This document shows positions 39,037-54,652 of a stretch of 64,000 nucleotides of DNA, one piece after another. The stretch lies in the NCBI GenBank assembly GCA_051362555.1, contig CM120646.1:10726001-10790000 (forward strand), in the 5' to 3' direction. The notes beneath the pieces are model-generated. The model worked only from the letters and a program-made list of their open reading frames with translations, had not been told where the DNA came from and did not search any database. The DNA is from Lingula anatina (taxonomy: Eukaryota > Animalia > Brachiopoda). Within the stretch, counting starts at the first letter, position 1. Each line of letters begins with the position of its first letter. The position numbers and the translations under genes are program-made.

Positions 39037-39448
39037 TTCTTTTTTCAGTTATATTGTTCTTTTTCCAGAGTACCCTTATCATGAAAAAGCAGACAGTGAA
39101 AGACGGGATCAAGAGCAGCACCATGTCTTGTCCATGTGTACAATACATGATATGAAGCAAGATTTAGTGCATTGTCAAGTATTGTGGTAGCAGCAACCCA
39201 TTCCAGAAACCCATTGTAAGGAGGAATCTGCATCTGGCATTGATAGTAAGGAGAAGTCCTGTATGGGTATATATTGTTTTCCAGATGACAGTTCTAGGTA
39301 ATTTGCAACCTCGTACACAAACAAACTCAAATCACCACATTTGCTGTTTTCTTTATTGGTAAACAATACATTGCAATATTGAAATATTTTTTGGTTAATT
39401 CTCACTCTTCTGATTATCAAATTTCAATAAATTTGACATTAAAAAAAA
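39037..39448 (+). repeat. Cassette copy 22, type A
   Basis: A markers. Confidence 0.93.
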
Positions 39449-41352
39449 CACAGATAACTGATCAGCTTATCACTGATTTTTATTGCTGTTAAGCATCATT
39501 TGTGAAAATTTCAGAAATGCTGGACAAGATTTGACAAAATTATTAACGTTTAACTATTTTAAGTCATGGTACTTGTCAGACTTTTTAATGTAATTTTCAG
39601 TTTTTCTCAATATATTGTCCGAAGAAGAAACTTTCTATTAGACACAGTCAACTGATCAGCTTATCACAGATTTTTATTGTTGTTAAGCATCATTTGTACA
39701 AATTTCAGAAATATTGGACAAGATTTGACAAAATTATTAACGTTTAACTATTTTAAGTCTTGGGATTTGCCTGTCTTTTCGTTTTAATTTTGAGATTTTT
39801 CAAATATATTTTCCAAAGAAGACACTTTCTATTAGACACAGTCAACTGATCAGCTTATCACAGATTTTTATTGTTATTAAGCATCTTTTGTACCAATTTC
39901 AGAAGTATTGGACAAGATTTGACAAAATTATTAACGTTTAACTATTTTAAGTCTAGGGATTTGCCAGTCTTTTTAATGTAATTTTCAGTTATCCCAAATA
40001 TATTGTCCAAAGAAAATACTTTTCATTAGACACAGTCAACTGATCAGCTCATCACAGATTTTTATTGTTGTTAAGCATGTTAATTTGAATTGTACGAATA
40101 TCAGAATTACTGGACAAGATTTGACAAAATTATTAACATTTAACTATTTTAAGCCATGGAATTTGCCTGTCTTTTTGTTGTTATTTTGAGTTTTCCTAAA
40201 TATATTTTCCAAAGAAGACACTTTCTATTAGACACAGTCAACTGATCAGCTTATCACAGATTTTTATTGTTGTTAAGCATCTTTTATACCAATTTCAGAA
40301 ATATTGGACAAGATTTGACAAAATTATTAACGTTTAACTATTTTAAGTCTAGGGATTTGACAGTCTTTTTAATGTCATTTTCAGTTTTCCCAAATATATT
40401 GTCCAAAGAAAATACTTTTCATTAGACACAGTCAACTGATCAACTTATCACAGATTTTTGTTGTTGTTAAGCGTTTTTTGTACCAATTTCAAAAATGTTG
40501 GACAAGATTTGACAAAATTATTAACGTTTAACTAATTTAAGTCTAGGGATTTGCCAGTCTTTTTAATGTCATTTTCAGTTTTTTTCAAATATATTTTCCA
40601 AAGAAGACACTTTTTTTTTGGCACAGTCAACTGATCAGCTTATCACAGATTTTTATTGTTGTTAAGCATCTTTTGTACCGATTTCAGAAATATTGGAGAA
40701 GATTTGACAAAATTATTAACGTTTAACTATTTTGTCCTGGGATTTGCCTATCTTTTCGTTGTAATTTTGAGTTTTCCCAAATATATTGTCCAAAGAAAAT
40801 ACTTCTCATTAGACACAGTCAACTGATCAGCTTATCACAGATTTTTATTGTTGTTAAGCATGATTTGTACGAATATCAGAATTATTGGACAAGATTTGTC
40901 AAAATTATTAACATTTAACTATTTTAAGCCATGGAATTTGCCTATCTTTTCGTTGTAATTTTGAGTTTTTCTAAATATATTTTCCAAAGAAGACACTTTT
41001 TATTATACACAGTCAACTGATCAGCTTATCACAGATTTTTATTGTTGTTAAGCATTTTTTGTACCAATTTCAAAAATGTTGGACAAGATTTGACAAAATT
41101 ATTAACGTTTAACTTTTTTAAGTTTTGGGATTTGCCAGTCTTTTCAATGTGATTTTCAGTTTTCCCAAATATATTGTCCAAAGAAAATACTTTTCATTAG
41201 ACACAGTCAACTGATCAGCTTATCACAGATTTTTATTGTTGTTAAGCATCTTTTGTACCAATTTCAAAAATGTTGGATAAGATTTGACAAAATTATTAAT
41301 GTTTAACTATTTTTAGTTTTGGGATTTTCCAGTCTTTTCAATGTGATTTTCA

Positions 41353-41767
41353 TTCTTTTTTCAGTTATATTGTTCTTTTTCTAGACTACCCTTACCATGA
41401 AAAAGCAGACAGTGAAAGATGAGATCAAGAGCAGCACCATGTCTTTTCCATGTGTACAATACATGATATGAAGCAAGATTTAGGGCATTGTCAAGTACTA
41501 TTGTGCTAACAGCAACCCATTCCAGAAACCCATTGTAAGGAGGAATCTGCATCTGGCATTGATAGTAAGGAGAAGTTTTGTATGGGTATATATTGTTTTC
41601 CAGATGACAGTTCTAGGTAATTTGCAACCTCGTACACAAACAAACTCAAATCACCAAATTTGCTGTTTTCTTTATTGGTAAACAATACATTGCAATATTG
41701 AAATATTTTTTGGTTAATTCTCACTTTTTTGATTATCAATTTGCAATAAACTTGACATTAAAAAAAA
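41353..41767 (+). repeat. Cassette copy 23, type B
   Basis: B markers; twin of copy 5. Confidence 0.93.
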
Positions 41768-42500
41768 CACAGATAACTGATCAGCTTATTACTGATTTTT
41801 ATTGCTGTTAAGCATCATTTGTGAAAATTTCAGAAACGCTGGACAAGATTTGACAAAATTATTATTGTTTAACTATTTTAAGTCATGGTATTTGCCAGTC
41901 TTTTCAATGTAACTTTAAATTTTCCTAAATATATTGTCCAAAGAAAATACTTCTCATTAGACACAGTCAACTGATCAGCTTATCACAGATTTTTATTGTT
42001 GTTAAGCATGATTTGTACAAATATCAGAATTATTGGACAAGATTTGTCAAAATTATTAACATTTAACTATTTTAAGCCATGGAATTTGCCTGTCTTTTCG
42101 TTGTAATTTTGAGTTTTTCTAAATATATTTTCCAAAGAAGACACTTTTTATTATACACAGTCAACTGATCAGCTTATCACAGATTTTTATTGTTGTTAAG
42201 CATTTTTTGTACCAATTTCAAAAATGTTGGACAAGATTTGACAAAATTATTAACGTTTAACTTTTTTAAGTTTTGGGATTTGCCAGTCTTTTCAATGTGA
42301 TTTTCAGTTTTCCCAAATATATTGTCCAAAGAAAATACTTTTCATTAGACACAGTCAACTGATCAGCTTATCACAGATTTTTATTGTTGTTAAGCATCTT
42401 TTGTACCAATTTCAAAAATGTTGGATAAGATTTGACAAAATTATTAATGTTTAACTATTTTTAGTTTTGGGATTTTCCAGTCTTTTCAATGTGATTTTCA

Positions 42501-42915
42501 TTCTTTTTTCAGTTATATTGTTCTTTTTCTAGACTACCCTTACCATGAAAAAGCAGACAGTGAAAGATGAGATCAAGAGCAGCACCATGTCTTTTCCATG
42601 TGTACAATACATGATATGAAGCAAGATTTAGGGCATTGTCAAGTACTATTGTGCTAACAGCAACCCATTCCAGAAACCCATTTTAAGGAGGAATCTGCAT
42701 CTGGCATTGATAGTAAGGAGAAGTTTTGTATGGGTATATATTGTTTTCCAGATGACAGTTCTAGGTAATTTGCAACCTCGTACACAAACAAACTCAAATC
42801 ACCAAATTTGCTGTTTTCTTTATTGGTAAACAATACATTATAATATTGAAATATTTTTTGGTTAATTCTCACTTTTCTGATTATCAATTTTCAATAAACT
42901 TGACATTAAAAAAAA
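42501..42915 (+). repeat. Cassette copy 24, B/C chimera
   Basis: Twin of copy 6. Confidence 0.9.
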
Positions 42916-45199
42916 CACAGATAACTGATCAGCTTATTACTGATTTTTATTGCTGTTAAGCATCATTTGTGAAAATTTCAGAAACGCTGGACAAGATTTG
43001 ACAAAATTATTATTGTTTAACTATTTTAAGTCTTGGGATTTGCCTGTCTTTTCGTTTTAATTTTGAGATTTTTCAAATATATTTTCCAAAGAAAATACTT
43101 TTCATTAGACACAGTCAACTGATCAGCTTATCACAGATTTTTATTGTTGTTAAGCATCATTTGTACAAATTTCAGAAATATTGGACAAGATTTGACAAAA
43201 TTATTAACGTTTAACTATTTTAAGCCATGGAATTTACCTGTCTTTTTGTTGTTATTTTGAGTTTTCCTAAATATATTTTCCAAAGAAGACACTTTCTATT
43301 AGACACAGTCAACTGATCAGCTTATCACAGATTTTTATTGTTGTTAAGCATCTTTTATACCAATTTCAGAAATATTGGACAAGATTTGACAAAATTATTA
43401 ACGTTTAACTATTTTAAGTCTAGGGATTTGACAGTCTTTTTAATGTCATTTTCAGTTTTCCCAAATATATTGTCCAAAGAAAATACTTTTCATTAGACAC
43501 AGTCAACTGATCAACTTATCACAGATTTTTGTTGTTGTTAAGCATCTTTTGTACAAATTTCAGAAATATTGGACAAGATTTGACAAAATTATTAACGTTT
43601 AACTATTTTGTCCTGGGATTTGCCAGTCTTTTCAATGTAACTTTAAATTTTCTTAAATATATTGTCCAAAGAAAATACTTCTCATTAGACACAGTCAACT
43701 GATCAGCTTATCACAGATTTTTATTGTTGTTAAGCATGATTTGTACGAATATCAGAATTATTGGACAAGATTTGTCAAAATTATTAACATTTAACTATTT
43801 TAAGCCATGGAATTTGCCACTCTTTTCAATGTAACTTTAAATTTTCCTAAATATATTGTCCAAAGAAAATACTTCTCATTAGACACAGTCAACTGATCAG
43901 CTTATCACAGATTTTTATTGTTGTTAAGCATGATTTGTACGAATATCAGAATTATTGGACAAGATTTGTCAAAATTATTAACATTTAACTATTTTAAGCC
44001 ATGGAATTTGCCTGTCTTTTCGTTGTAATTTTGAGTTTTTCTAAATATATTTTCCAAAGAAGACACTTTTTATTATACACAGTCAACTGATCAGCTTATC
44101 ACAGATTTTTATTGTTGTTAAGCATTTTTTGTACCAATTTCAAAAATGTTGGACAAGATTTGACAAAATTATTAACGTTTAACTTTTTTAAGTTTTGGGA
44201 TTTGCCAGTCTTTTCAATGTGATTTTCAGTTTTCCCAAATATATTGTCCAAAGAAAATACTTTTCATTAGACACAGTCAACTGATCAGCTTATCACAGAT
44301 TTTTATTGTTGTTAAGCATTTTTTGTACCAATTTCAAAAATGTTGGACAAGATTTGACAAAATTATTAACGTTTAACTATTTTAAGTCTAGGGATTTGCC
44401 AGTCTTTTTAATGTCATTTTCAGTTTTTTTCAAATATATTTTCCAAAGAAGACACTTTTTTTTTGGCACAGTCAACTGATCAGCTTATCACAGATTTTTA
44501 TTATTGTTCAGCATCTTTTCTACCAATTTCAGAAATATTGGACAAGATTTGACAAATTTATTAACATTTAACTATTTTAAGTCTAGGGATTTGCCAGTCT
44601 TTTTAATATAATTTTCAGTTTTCCCAAATATATTTTCCAAAGAAAATACTTCTCATTAGACACAGTCAACTGATCAGCTTATCACAGATTTTTATTGTTG
44701 TTAAGCATTTTTTGTACCAATTTCAAAAATGTTGGACAAGATTTGACAAAATTATTAACGTTTAACTTTTTTAAGTTTTGGGATTTGCCAGTCTTTTCAA
44801 TGTGATTTTCAGTTTTCCCAAATATATTGTCCAAAGAAAATACTTTTCATTAGACACAGTCAACTGATCAACTTATCACAGATTTTTATTGTTGTTAAGC
44901 ATCATTTGTACAAATTTCAGAAATATTGGACAAGATTTGACAAAAGTATTAACGTTTAACTATTTTAAGTCTTGGGATTTGCCTGTCTTTTCGTTTTAAT
45001 TTTGAGATTTTTCAAATATATTTTCCAAAGAAGACACTTTCTATTAGACACAGTCAACTGATCAGCTTATCACAGATTTTTATTGTTGTTAAGCATCTTT
45101 TGTACCAATTTCAGAAGTATTGGACAAGATTTGACAAAATTATTAACGTTTAACTTTTTTAAGTTTTGGGATTTGCCAGTCTTTTCAATGTGATTTTCA

Positions 45200-45611
45200 T
45201 TCTTTTTTCAGTTATATTGTTCTTTTTCCAGAGTACCCTTATCATGAAAAAGCAGACAGTGAAAGACGGGATCAAGAGCAGCACCATGTCTTGTCCATGT
45301 GTACAATACATGATATGAAGCAAGATTTAGTGCATTGTCAAGTATTGTGGTAGCAGCAACCCATTCCAGAAACCCATTGTAAGGAGGAATCTGCATCTGG
45401 CATTGATAGTAAGGAGAAGTCCTGTATGGGTATATATTGTTTTCCAGATGACAGTTCTAGGTAATTTGCAACCTCGTACACAAACAAACTCAAATCACCA
45501 CATTTGCTGTTTTCTTTATTGGTAAACAATACATTGCAATATTGAAATATTTTTTGGTTAATTCTCACTCTTCTGATTATCAAATTTCAATAAATTTGAC
45601 ATTAAAAAAAA
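45200..45611 (+). repeat. Cassette copy 25, type A
   Basis: A markers; twin of copy 7. Confidence 0.93.
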
Positions 45612-46547
45612 CACAGATAACTGATCAGCTTATCACTGATTTTTATTGCTGTTAAGCATCATTTGTGAAAATTTCAGAAATGCTGGACAAGATTTGACAA
45701 AATTATTAACGTTTAACTATTTTAAGTCATGGTACTTGTCAGACTTTTTAATGTAATTTTCAGTTTTTCTCAATATATTGTCCGAAGAAGAAACTTTCTA
45801 TTAGACACAGTCAACTGATCAGCTTATCACAGATTTTTATTGTTGTTAAGCATGATTTGTACAAATTTCAGAAATATTGGACAAGATTTGACAAAATTAT
45901 TAACGTTTAACTATTTTAAGTCTTGGGATTTGCCTGTCTTTTCGTTTTAATTTTGAGATTTTTCAAATATATTTTCCAAAGAAGACACTTTCTATTAGAC
46001 ACAGTCAACTGATCAGCCTATCACAGATTTTTATTGTTATTAAGCATCTTTTGTACCAATTTCAGAAGTATTGGACAAGATTTGACAAAATTATTAACGT
46101 TTAACTATTTTAAGTCTAGGGATTTGCCAGTCTTTTTAATGTAATTTTCAGTTATCCCAAATATATTGTCCAAAGAAAATACTTTTCATTAGACACAGTC
46201 AACTGATCAGCTCATCACAGATTTTTATTGTTGTTAAGCATGTTAATTTGAATTGTACGAATATCAGAATTACTGGACAAGATTTGACAAAATTATTAAC
46301 GTTTAACTATTTTAAGTCTAGGGATTTGACAGTCTTTTTAATGTCATTTTCAGTTTTCCCAAATATATTGTCCAAAGAAAATACTTTTCATTAGACACAG
46401 TCAACTGATCAACTTATCACAGATTTTTATTGTTGTTAAGCATCTTTTGTACCAATTTCAAAAATGTTGGAAAAAGATTTGACAAAATTATTAACGTTTA
46501 ACTTTTTTAAGTTTTGGGATTTTCCAGTCTTTTCAATGTGATTTTCA

Positions 46548-46961
46548 TTCTTTTTTCAGTTATATTGTTCTTTTTCAGAGTTCCCTTACCATGAAAAAAC
46601 AGACAGTGAAAGAAGGGATCAAGAGCAGCACCATGTCTTGTCCATGTGTACAATACATGATATGAAGCAAGATTTAGGGCATTGTAAAGTACTATTGTGC
46701 TAACAGCAACCCATTCCAGAAACCCATTGTAAGGAGGAATCTGCATCTGGCATTGATAGTAAGGAGAAGTCTTGTATGGGTATATATTGTTTTCCAGATG
46801 ACAGTTCTAGGTAATTTGCAACCTCGTACACAAACAAACTCAAATCACCAAATTTGCTGTTTTCTTTATTGGTAAACAATACATTATAATATTGAAATAT
46901 TTTTTGGTTAATTCTCACTTTTCTGATTATCAATTTTCAATAAACTTGACATTAAAAAAAA
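46548..46961 (+). repeat. Cassette copy 26, type C
   Basis: C markers; twin of copy 8. Confidence 0.92.
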
Positions 46962-49048
46962 CACAGATAACTGATCAGCTTATTACTGATTTTTATTGCT
47001 GTTAAGCATCATTTGTGAAAATTTCAGAAACGCTGGACAAGATTTGACAAAATTATTATTGTTTAACTATTTTAAGTCTTGGGATTTGCCTGTCTTTTCG
47101 TTTTAATTTTGAGATTTTTCAAATATATTTTCCAAAGAAAATACTTTTCATTAGACACAGTCAACTGATCAGCTTATCACAGATTTTTATTGTTGTTAAG
47201 CATCATTTGTACAAATTTCAGAAATATTGGACAAGATTTGACAAAATTATTAACGTTTAACTATTTTAAGCCATGGAATTTACCTGTCTTTTTGTTGTTA
47301 TTTTGAGTTTTCCTAAATATATTTTCCAAAGAAGACACTTTCTATTAGACACAGTCAACTGATCAGCTTATCACAGATTTTTATTGTTGTTAAGCATCTT
47401 TTATACCAATTTCAGAAATATTGGACAAGATTTGACAAAATTATTAACGTTTAACTATTTTAAGTCTAGGGATTTGACAGTCTTTTTAATGTCATTTTCA
47501 GTTTTCCCAAATATATTGTCCAAAGAAAATACTTTTCATTAGACACAGTCAACTGATCAACTTATCACAGATTTTTGTTGTTGTTAAGCATCTTTTGTAC
47601 AAATTTCAGAAATATTGGACAAGATTTGACAAAATTATTAACGTTTAACTATTTTGTCCTGGGATTTGCCAGTCTTTTCAATGTAACTTTAAATTTTCCT
47701 AAATATATTGTCCAAAGAAAATACTTCTCATTAGACACAGTCAACTGATCAGCTTATCACAGATTTTTATTGTTGTTAAGCATGATTTGTACGAATATCA
47801 GAATTATTGGACAAGATTTGTCAAAATTATTAACATTTAACTATTTTAAGCCATGGAATTTGCCACTCTTTTCAATGTAACTTTAAATTTTCCTAAATAT
47901 ATTGTCCAAAGAAAATACTTCTCATTAGACACAGTCAACTGATCAGCTTATCACAGATTTTTATTGTTGTTAAGCATGATTTGTACGAATATCAGAATTA
48001 TTGGACAAGATTTGTCAAAATTATTAACATTTAACTATTTTAAGCCATGGAATTTGCCTGTCTTTTCGTTGTAATTTTGAGTTTTTCTAAATATATTTTC
48101 CAAAGAAGACACTTTTTATTATACACAGTCAACTGATCAGCTTATCACAGATTTTTATTGTTGTTAAGCATTTTTTGTACCAATTTCAAAAATGTTGGAC
48201 AAGATTTGACAAAATTATTAACGTTTAACTATTTTGTCCTGGGATTTGCCAGTCTTTTCAATGTAACTTTAAATTTTCCTAAATATATTGTCCAAAGAAA
48301 ATACTTCTCATTAGACACAGTCAACTGATCAGCTTATCACAGGTTTTTATTGTTGTTAAGCATGATTTGTACGAATATCAGAATTATTGGACAAGATTTG
48401 TCAAAATTATTAACATTTAACTATTTTAAGCCATGGAATTTGCCAGTCTTTTCAATGTAACTTTAAATTTTCCTAAATATATTGTCCAAAGAAAATACTT
48501 CTCATTAGACACAGTCAACTGATCAGCTTATCACAGATTTTTATTGTTGTTAAGCATGATTTGTACGAATATCAGAATTATTGGACAAGATTTGTCAAAA
48601 TTATTAACATTTAACTATTTTAAGCCATGGAATTTGCCTGTCTTTTCGTTGTAATTTTGAGTTTTTCTAAATATATTTTCCAAAGAAGACACTTTTTATT
48701 ATACACAGTCAACTGATCAGCTTATCACAGATTTTTATTGTTGTTAAGCATTTTTTGTACCAATTTCAAAAATGTTGGACAAGATTTGACAAAATTATTA
48801 ACGTTTAACTTTTTTAAGTTTTGGGATTTGCCAGTCTTTTCAATGTGATTTTCAGTTTTCCCAAATATATTGTCCAAAGAAAATACTTTTCATTAGACAC
48901 AGTCAACTGATCAGCTTATCACAGATTTTTATTGTTGTTAAGCATCTTTTGTACCAATTTCAAAAATGTTGGATAAGATTTGACAAAATTATTAATGTTT
49001 AACTATTTTTAGTTTTGGGATTTTCCAGTCTTTTCAATGTGATTTTCA

Positions 49049-49463
49049 TTCTTTTTTCAGTTATATTGTTCTTTTTCTAGACTACCCTTACCATGAAAAA
49101 GCAGACAGTGAAAGATGAGATCAAGAGCAGCACCATGTCTTTTCCATGTGTACAATACATGATATGAAGCAAGATTTAGGGCATTGTCAAGTACTATTGT
49201 GCTAACAGCAACCCATTCCAGAAACCCATTGTAAGGAGGAATCTGCATCTGGCATTGATAGTAAGGAGAAGTTTTGTATGGGTATATATTGTTTTCCAGA
49301 TGACAGTTCTAGGTAATTTGCAACCTCGTACACAAACAAACTCAAATCACCAAATTTGCTGTTTTCTTTATTGGTAAACAATACATTGCAATATTGAAAT
49401 ATTTTTTGGTTAATTCTCACTTTTTTGATTATCAATTTTCAATAAACTTGACATTAAAAAAAA
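49049..49463 (+). repeat. Cassette copy 27, type B
   Basis: B markers. Confidence 0.93.
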
Positions 49464-50971
49464 CACAGATAACTGATCAGCTTATTACTGATTTTTATTG
49501 CTGTTAAGCATCATTTGTGAAAATTTCAGAAACGCTGGACAAGATTTGACAAAATTATTATTGTTTAACTATTTTAAGTCATGGTATTTGCCAGTCTTTT
49601 CAATGTAACTTTAAATTTTCCTAAATATATTGTCCAAAGAAAATACTTCTCATTAGACACAGTCAACTGATCAGCTTATCACAGATTTTTATTGTTGTTA
49701 AGCATGATTTGTACAAATATCAGAATTATTGGACAAGATTTGTCAAAATTATTAACATTTAACTATTTTAAGCCATGGAATTTGCCTGTCTTTTCGTTGT
49801 AATTTTGAGTTTTTCTAAATATATTTTCCAAAGAAGACACTTTTTATTATACACAGTCAACTGATCAGCTTATCACAGATTTTTATTGTTGTTAAGCATT
49901 TTTTGTACCAATTTCAAAAATGTTGGACAAGATTTGACAAAATTATTAACGTTTAACTTTTTTAAGTTTTGGGATTTGCCAGTCTTTTCAATGTGATTTT
50001 CAGTTTTCCCAAATATATTGTCCAAAGAAAATACTTTTCATTAGACACAGTCAACTGATCAGCTTATCACAGATTTTTATTGTTGTTAAGCGTTTTTTGT
50101 ATCAATTTCAAAAATGTTGGACAAGATTTGACAAAATTATTAACGTTTAACTATTTTAAGTCTAGGGATTTGCCAGTCTTTTTAATGTCATTTTCAGTTT
50201 TTTTCAAATATATTTTCCAAAGAAGACACTTTTTTTTTGGCACAGTCAACTGATCAGCTTATCACAGATTTTTATTGTTGTTAAGCATCTTTTGTACCGA
50301 TTTCAGAAATATTGGAGAAGATTTGACAAAATTATTAACGTTTAACTATTTTGTCCTGGGATTTGCCTATCTTTTCGTTGTAATTTTGAGTTTTCCCAAA
50401 TATATTGTCCAAAGAAAATACTTCTCATTAGACACAGTCAACTGATCAGCTTATCACAGATTTTTATTGTTGTTAAGCATGATTTGTACGAATATCAGAA
50501 TTATTGGACAAGATTTGTCAAAATTATTAACATTTAACTATTTTAAGCCATGGAATTTGCCTGTCTTTTCGTTGTAATTTTGAGTTTTTCTAAATATATT
50601 TTCCAAAGAAGACACTTTTTATTATACACAGTCAACTGATCAGCTTATCACAGATTTTTATTGTTGTTAAGCATTTTTTGTACCAATTTCAAAAATGTTG
50701 GACAAGATTTGACAAAATTATTAACGTTTAACTTTTTTAAGTTTTGGGATTTGCCAGTCTTTTCAATGTGATTTTCAGTTTTCCCAAATATATTGTCCAA
50801 AGAAAATACTTTTCATTAGACACAGTCAACTGATCAGCTTATCACAGATTTTTATTGTTGTTAAGCATCTTTTGTACCAATTTCAAAAATGTTGGATAAG
50901 ATTTGACAAAATTATTAATGTTTAACTATTTTTAGTTTTGGGATTTTCCAGTCTTTTCAATGTGATTTTCA

Positions 50972-51386
50972 TTCTTTTTTCAGTTATATTGTTCTTTTTC
51001 TAGACTACCCTTACCATGAAAAAGCAGACAGTGAAAGATGAGATCAAGAGCAGCACCATGTCTTTTCCATGTGTACAATACATGATATGAAGCAAGATTT
51101 AGGGCATTGTCAAGTACTATTGTGCTAACAGCAACCCATTCCAGAAACCCATTGTAAGGAGGAATCTGCATCTGGCATTGATAGTAAGGAGAAGTTTTGT
51201 ATGGGTATATATTGTTTTCCAGATGACAGTTCTAGGTAATTTGCAACCTCGTACACAAACAAACTCAAATCACCAAATTTGCTGTTTACTTTATTGGTAA
51301 ACAATACATTGCAATATTGAAATATTTTTTGGTTAATTCTCACTTTTTTGATTATCAATTTTCAATAAACTTGACATTAAAAAAAA
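50972..51386 (+). repeat. Cassette copy 28, type B
   Basis: B markers; private GTTTACTT change. Confidence 0.93.
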
Positions 51387-51925
51387 CACAGATAACTGAT
51401 CAGCTTATTACTGATTTTTATTGCTGTTAAGCATCATTTGTGAAAATTTCAGAAACGCTGGACAAGATTTGACAAAATTATTATTGTTTAACTATTTTAA
51501 GTCATGGTATTTGCCAGTCTTTTCAATGTAACTTTAAATTTTCCTAAATATATTGTCCAAAGAAAATACTTCTCATTAGACACAGTCAACTGATCAGCTT
51601 ATCACAGATTTTTATTGTTGTTAAGCATTTTTTGTACCAATTTCAAAAATGTTGGACAAGATTTGACAAAATTATTAACGTTTAACTTTTTTAAGTTTTG
51701 GGATTTGCCAGTCTTTTCGTTGTAATTTTGAGTTTTTCTAAATATATTTTCCAAAGAAGACACTTTTTATTATACACAGTCAACTGATCAGCTTATCACA
51801 GATTTTTATTGTTGTTAAGCATTTTTTGTACCAATTTCAAAAATGTTGGACAAGATTTGACAAAATTATTAACGTTTAACTTTTTTAAGTTTTGGGATTT
51901 GCCACTCTTTTCAATGTGATTTTCA

Positions 51926-52337
51926 TTCTTTTTTCAGTTATATTGTTCTTTTTCCAGAGTACCCTTATCATGAAAAAGCAGACAGTGAAAGACGGGATCA
52001 AGAGCAGCACCATGTCTTGTCCATGTGTACAATACATGATATGAAGCAAGATTTAGTGCATTGTCAAGTATTGTGGTAGCAGCAACCCATTCCAGAAACC
52101 CATTGTAAGGAGGAATCTGCATCTGGCATTGATAGTAAGGAGAAGTCCTGTATGGGTATATATTGTTTTCCAGATGACAGTTCTAGGTAATTTGCAACCT
52201 CGTACACAAACAAACTCAAATCACCACATTTGCTGTTTTCTTTATTGGTAAACAATACATTGCAATATTGAAATATTTTTTGGTTAATTCTCACTCTTCT
52301 GATTATCAAATTTCAATAAACTTGACATTAAAAAAAA
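51926..52337 (+). repeat. Cassette copy 29, type A
   Basis: A markers; 954 bp after copy 28. Confidence 0.93.
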
Positions 52338-54240
52338 CACAGATAACTGATCAGCTTATCACTGATTTTTATTGCTGTTAAGCATCATTTGTGAAAATTT
52401 CAGAAATGCTGGACAAGATTTGACAAAATTATTAACGTTTAACTATTTTAAGTCATGGTACTTGTCAGACTTTTTAATGTAATTTTCAGTTTTTCTCAAT
52501 ATATTGTCCGAAGAAGAAACTTTCTATTAGACACAGTCAACTGATCAGCTTATCACAGATTTTTATTGTTGTTAAGCATCTTTTATACCAATTTCGGAAA
52601 TATTGGACAAGATTTGACAAAATTATTAACGTTTAACTATTTTAAGTCTAGGGATTTGACAGTCTTTTTAATGTCATTTTCAGTTTTCCCAAATATATTG
52701 TCCAAAGAAAATACTTTTCATTAGACACAGTCAACTGATCAACTTATCACAGATTTTTATTGTTGTTAAGCATCATTTGTACAAATTTAAGAAATATTGG
52801 ACAAGATTTGACAAAAGTATTAACGTTTAACTATTTTAAGTCTTGGGATTTGCCTGTCTTTTCGTTTTAATTTTGAGATTTTTCAAATATATTTTCCAAA
52901 GAAGACACTTTCTATTAGACACAGTCAACTGATCAGCTTATCACAGATTTTTATTGTTGTTAAGCATCTTTTGTACCAATTTCAGAAGTATTGGACAAGA
53001 TTTGACAAAATTATTAACGTTTAACTATTTTAAGTCTTGGGATTTGCCAGTCTTTTTAATGTAATTTTCAGTTATCCCAAATATATTGTCCAAAGAAAAT
53101 ACTTTTCATTAGACACAGTCAACTGATCAGCTCATCACAGATTTTTATTGTTGTTAAGCATGTTAATTTGAATTGTACGAATATCAGAATTACTGGACAA
53201 GATTTGACAAAATTATTAACATTTAACTATTTTAAGCCATGGAATTTGCCTGTCTTTTCGTTGTAATTTTGAGTTTTTCTAAATATATTTTCCAAAGAAG
53301 ACACTTTTTATTATACACAGTCAACTGATCAGCTTATCACAGATTTTTATTGTTGTTAAGCATCATTTGTACAAATTTCAGAAATATTGGACAAGATTTG
53401 ACAAAATTATTAATGTTTAACTATTTTAAGTCTAGGGATTTGCCAGTCTTTTTAATGTCATTTTGAGTTTTCCCAAATATATTTTCCAAAGAAGAAACTT
53501 TCTATTAGACACAGTCAACTGATCAGCTTATCACAGATTTTTATTGCTGTTAAGCATCTTTTGTACCAATTTCAGAAATATTGGACAAGATTTGACAAAT
53601 TTATTAACGTTTAACTATTTTAAGTCTAGGGATTTGCCAGTCTTTTTAATATAATTTTCAGTTTTCCCAAATATATTTTCCAAAGAAAATACTTCTCATT
53701 AGACACAGTCAACTGATCAGCTTATCACAGATTTTTGTTGTTGTTAAGCATCTTTTGTACAAATTTCAGAAATATTGGACAAGATTTGACAAAATTATTA
53801 ACGTTCAACTATTTTGTCCTGGGATTTGCCAGTCTTTTCAATGTAACTTTAAATTTTCCTAAATATATTGTCCAAAGAAAATACTTCTCATTAGACACAG
53901 TCAACTGATCAGCTTATCACAGATTTTTATTGTTGTTAAGCATGATTTGTACGAATATCAGAATTATTGGACAAGATTTGTCAAAATTATTAACATTTAA
54001 CTATTTTAAGCCATGGAATTTGCCTGTCTTTTCGTTGTAATTTTGAGTTTTTCTAAATATATTTTCCAAAGAAGACACTTTTTATTATACACAGTCAACT
54101 GATCAGCTTATCACAGATTTTTATTGTTGTTTAGCATTTTTTGTACCAATTTCAAAAATGTTGGACAAGATTTGACAAAATTATTAACATTTAACTTTTT
54201 TAAGTTTTGGGATTTGCCAGTCTTTTCAATGTGATTTTCA

Positions 54241-54652
54241 TTCTTTTTTCAGTTATATTGTTCTTTTTCCAGAGTACCCTTATCATGAAAAAGCAGACAG
54301 TGAAAGACGGGATCAAGAGCAGCACCATGTCTTGTCCATGTGTACAATACATGATATGAAGCAAGATTTAGTGCATTGTCAAGTATTGTGGTAGCAGCAA
54401 CCCATTCCAGAAACCCATTGTAAGGAGGAATCTGCATCTGGCATTGATAGTAAGGAGAAGTCCTGTATGGGTATATATTGTTTTCCAGATGACAGTTCTA
54501 GGTAATTTGCAACCTCGTACACAAACAAACTCAAATCACCACATTTGCTGTTTTCTTTATTGGTAAACAATACATTGCAATATTGAAATATTTTTTGGTT
54601 AATTCTCACTCTTCTGATTATCAAATTTCAATAAACTTGACATTAAAAAAAA
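54241..54652 (+). repeat. Cassette copy 30, type A
   Basis: A markers. Confidence 0.93.
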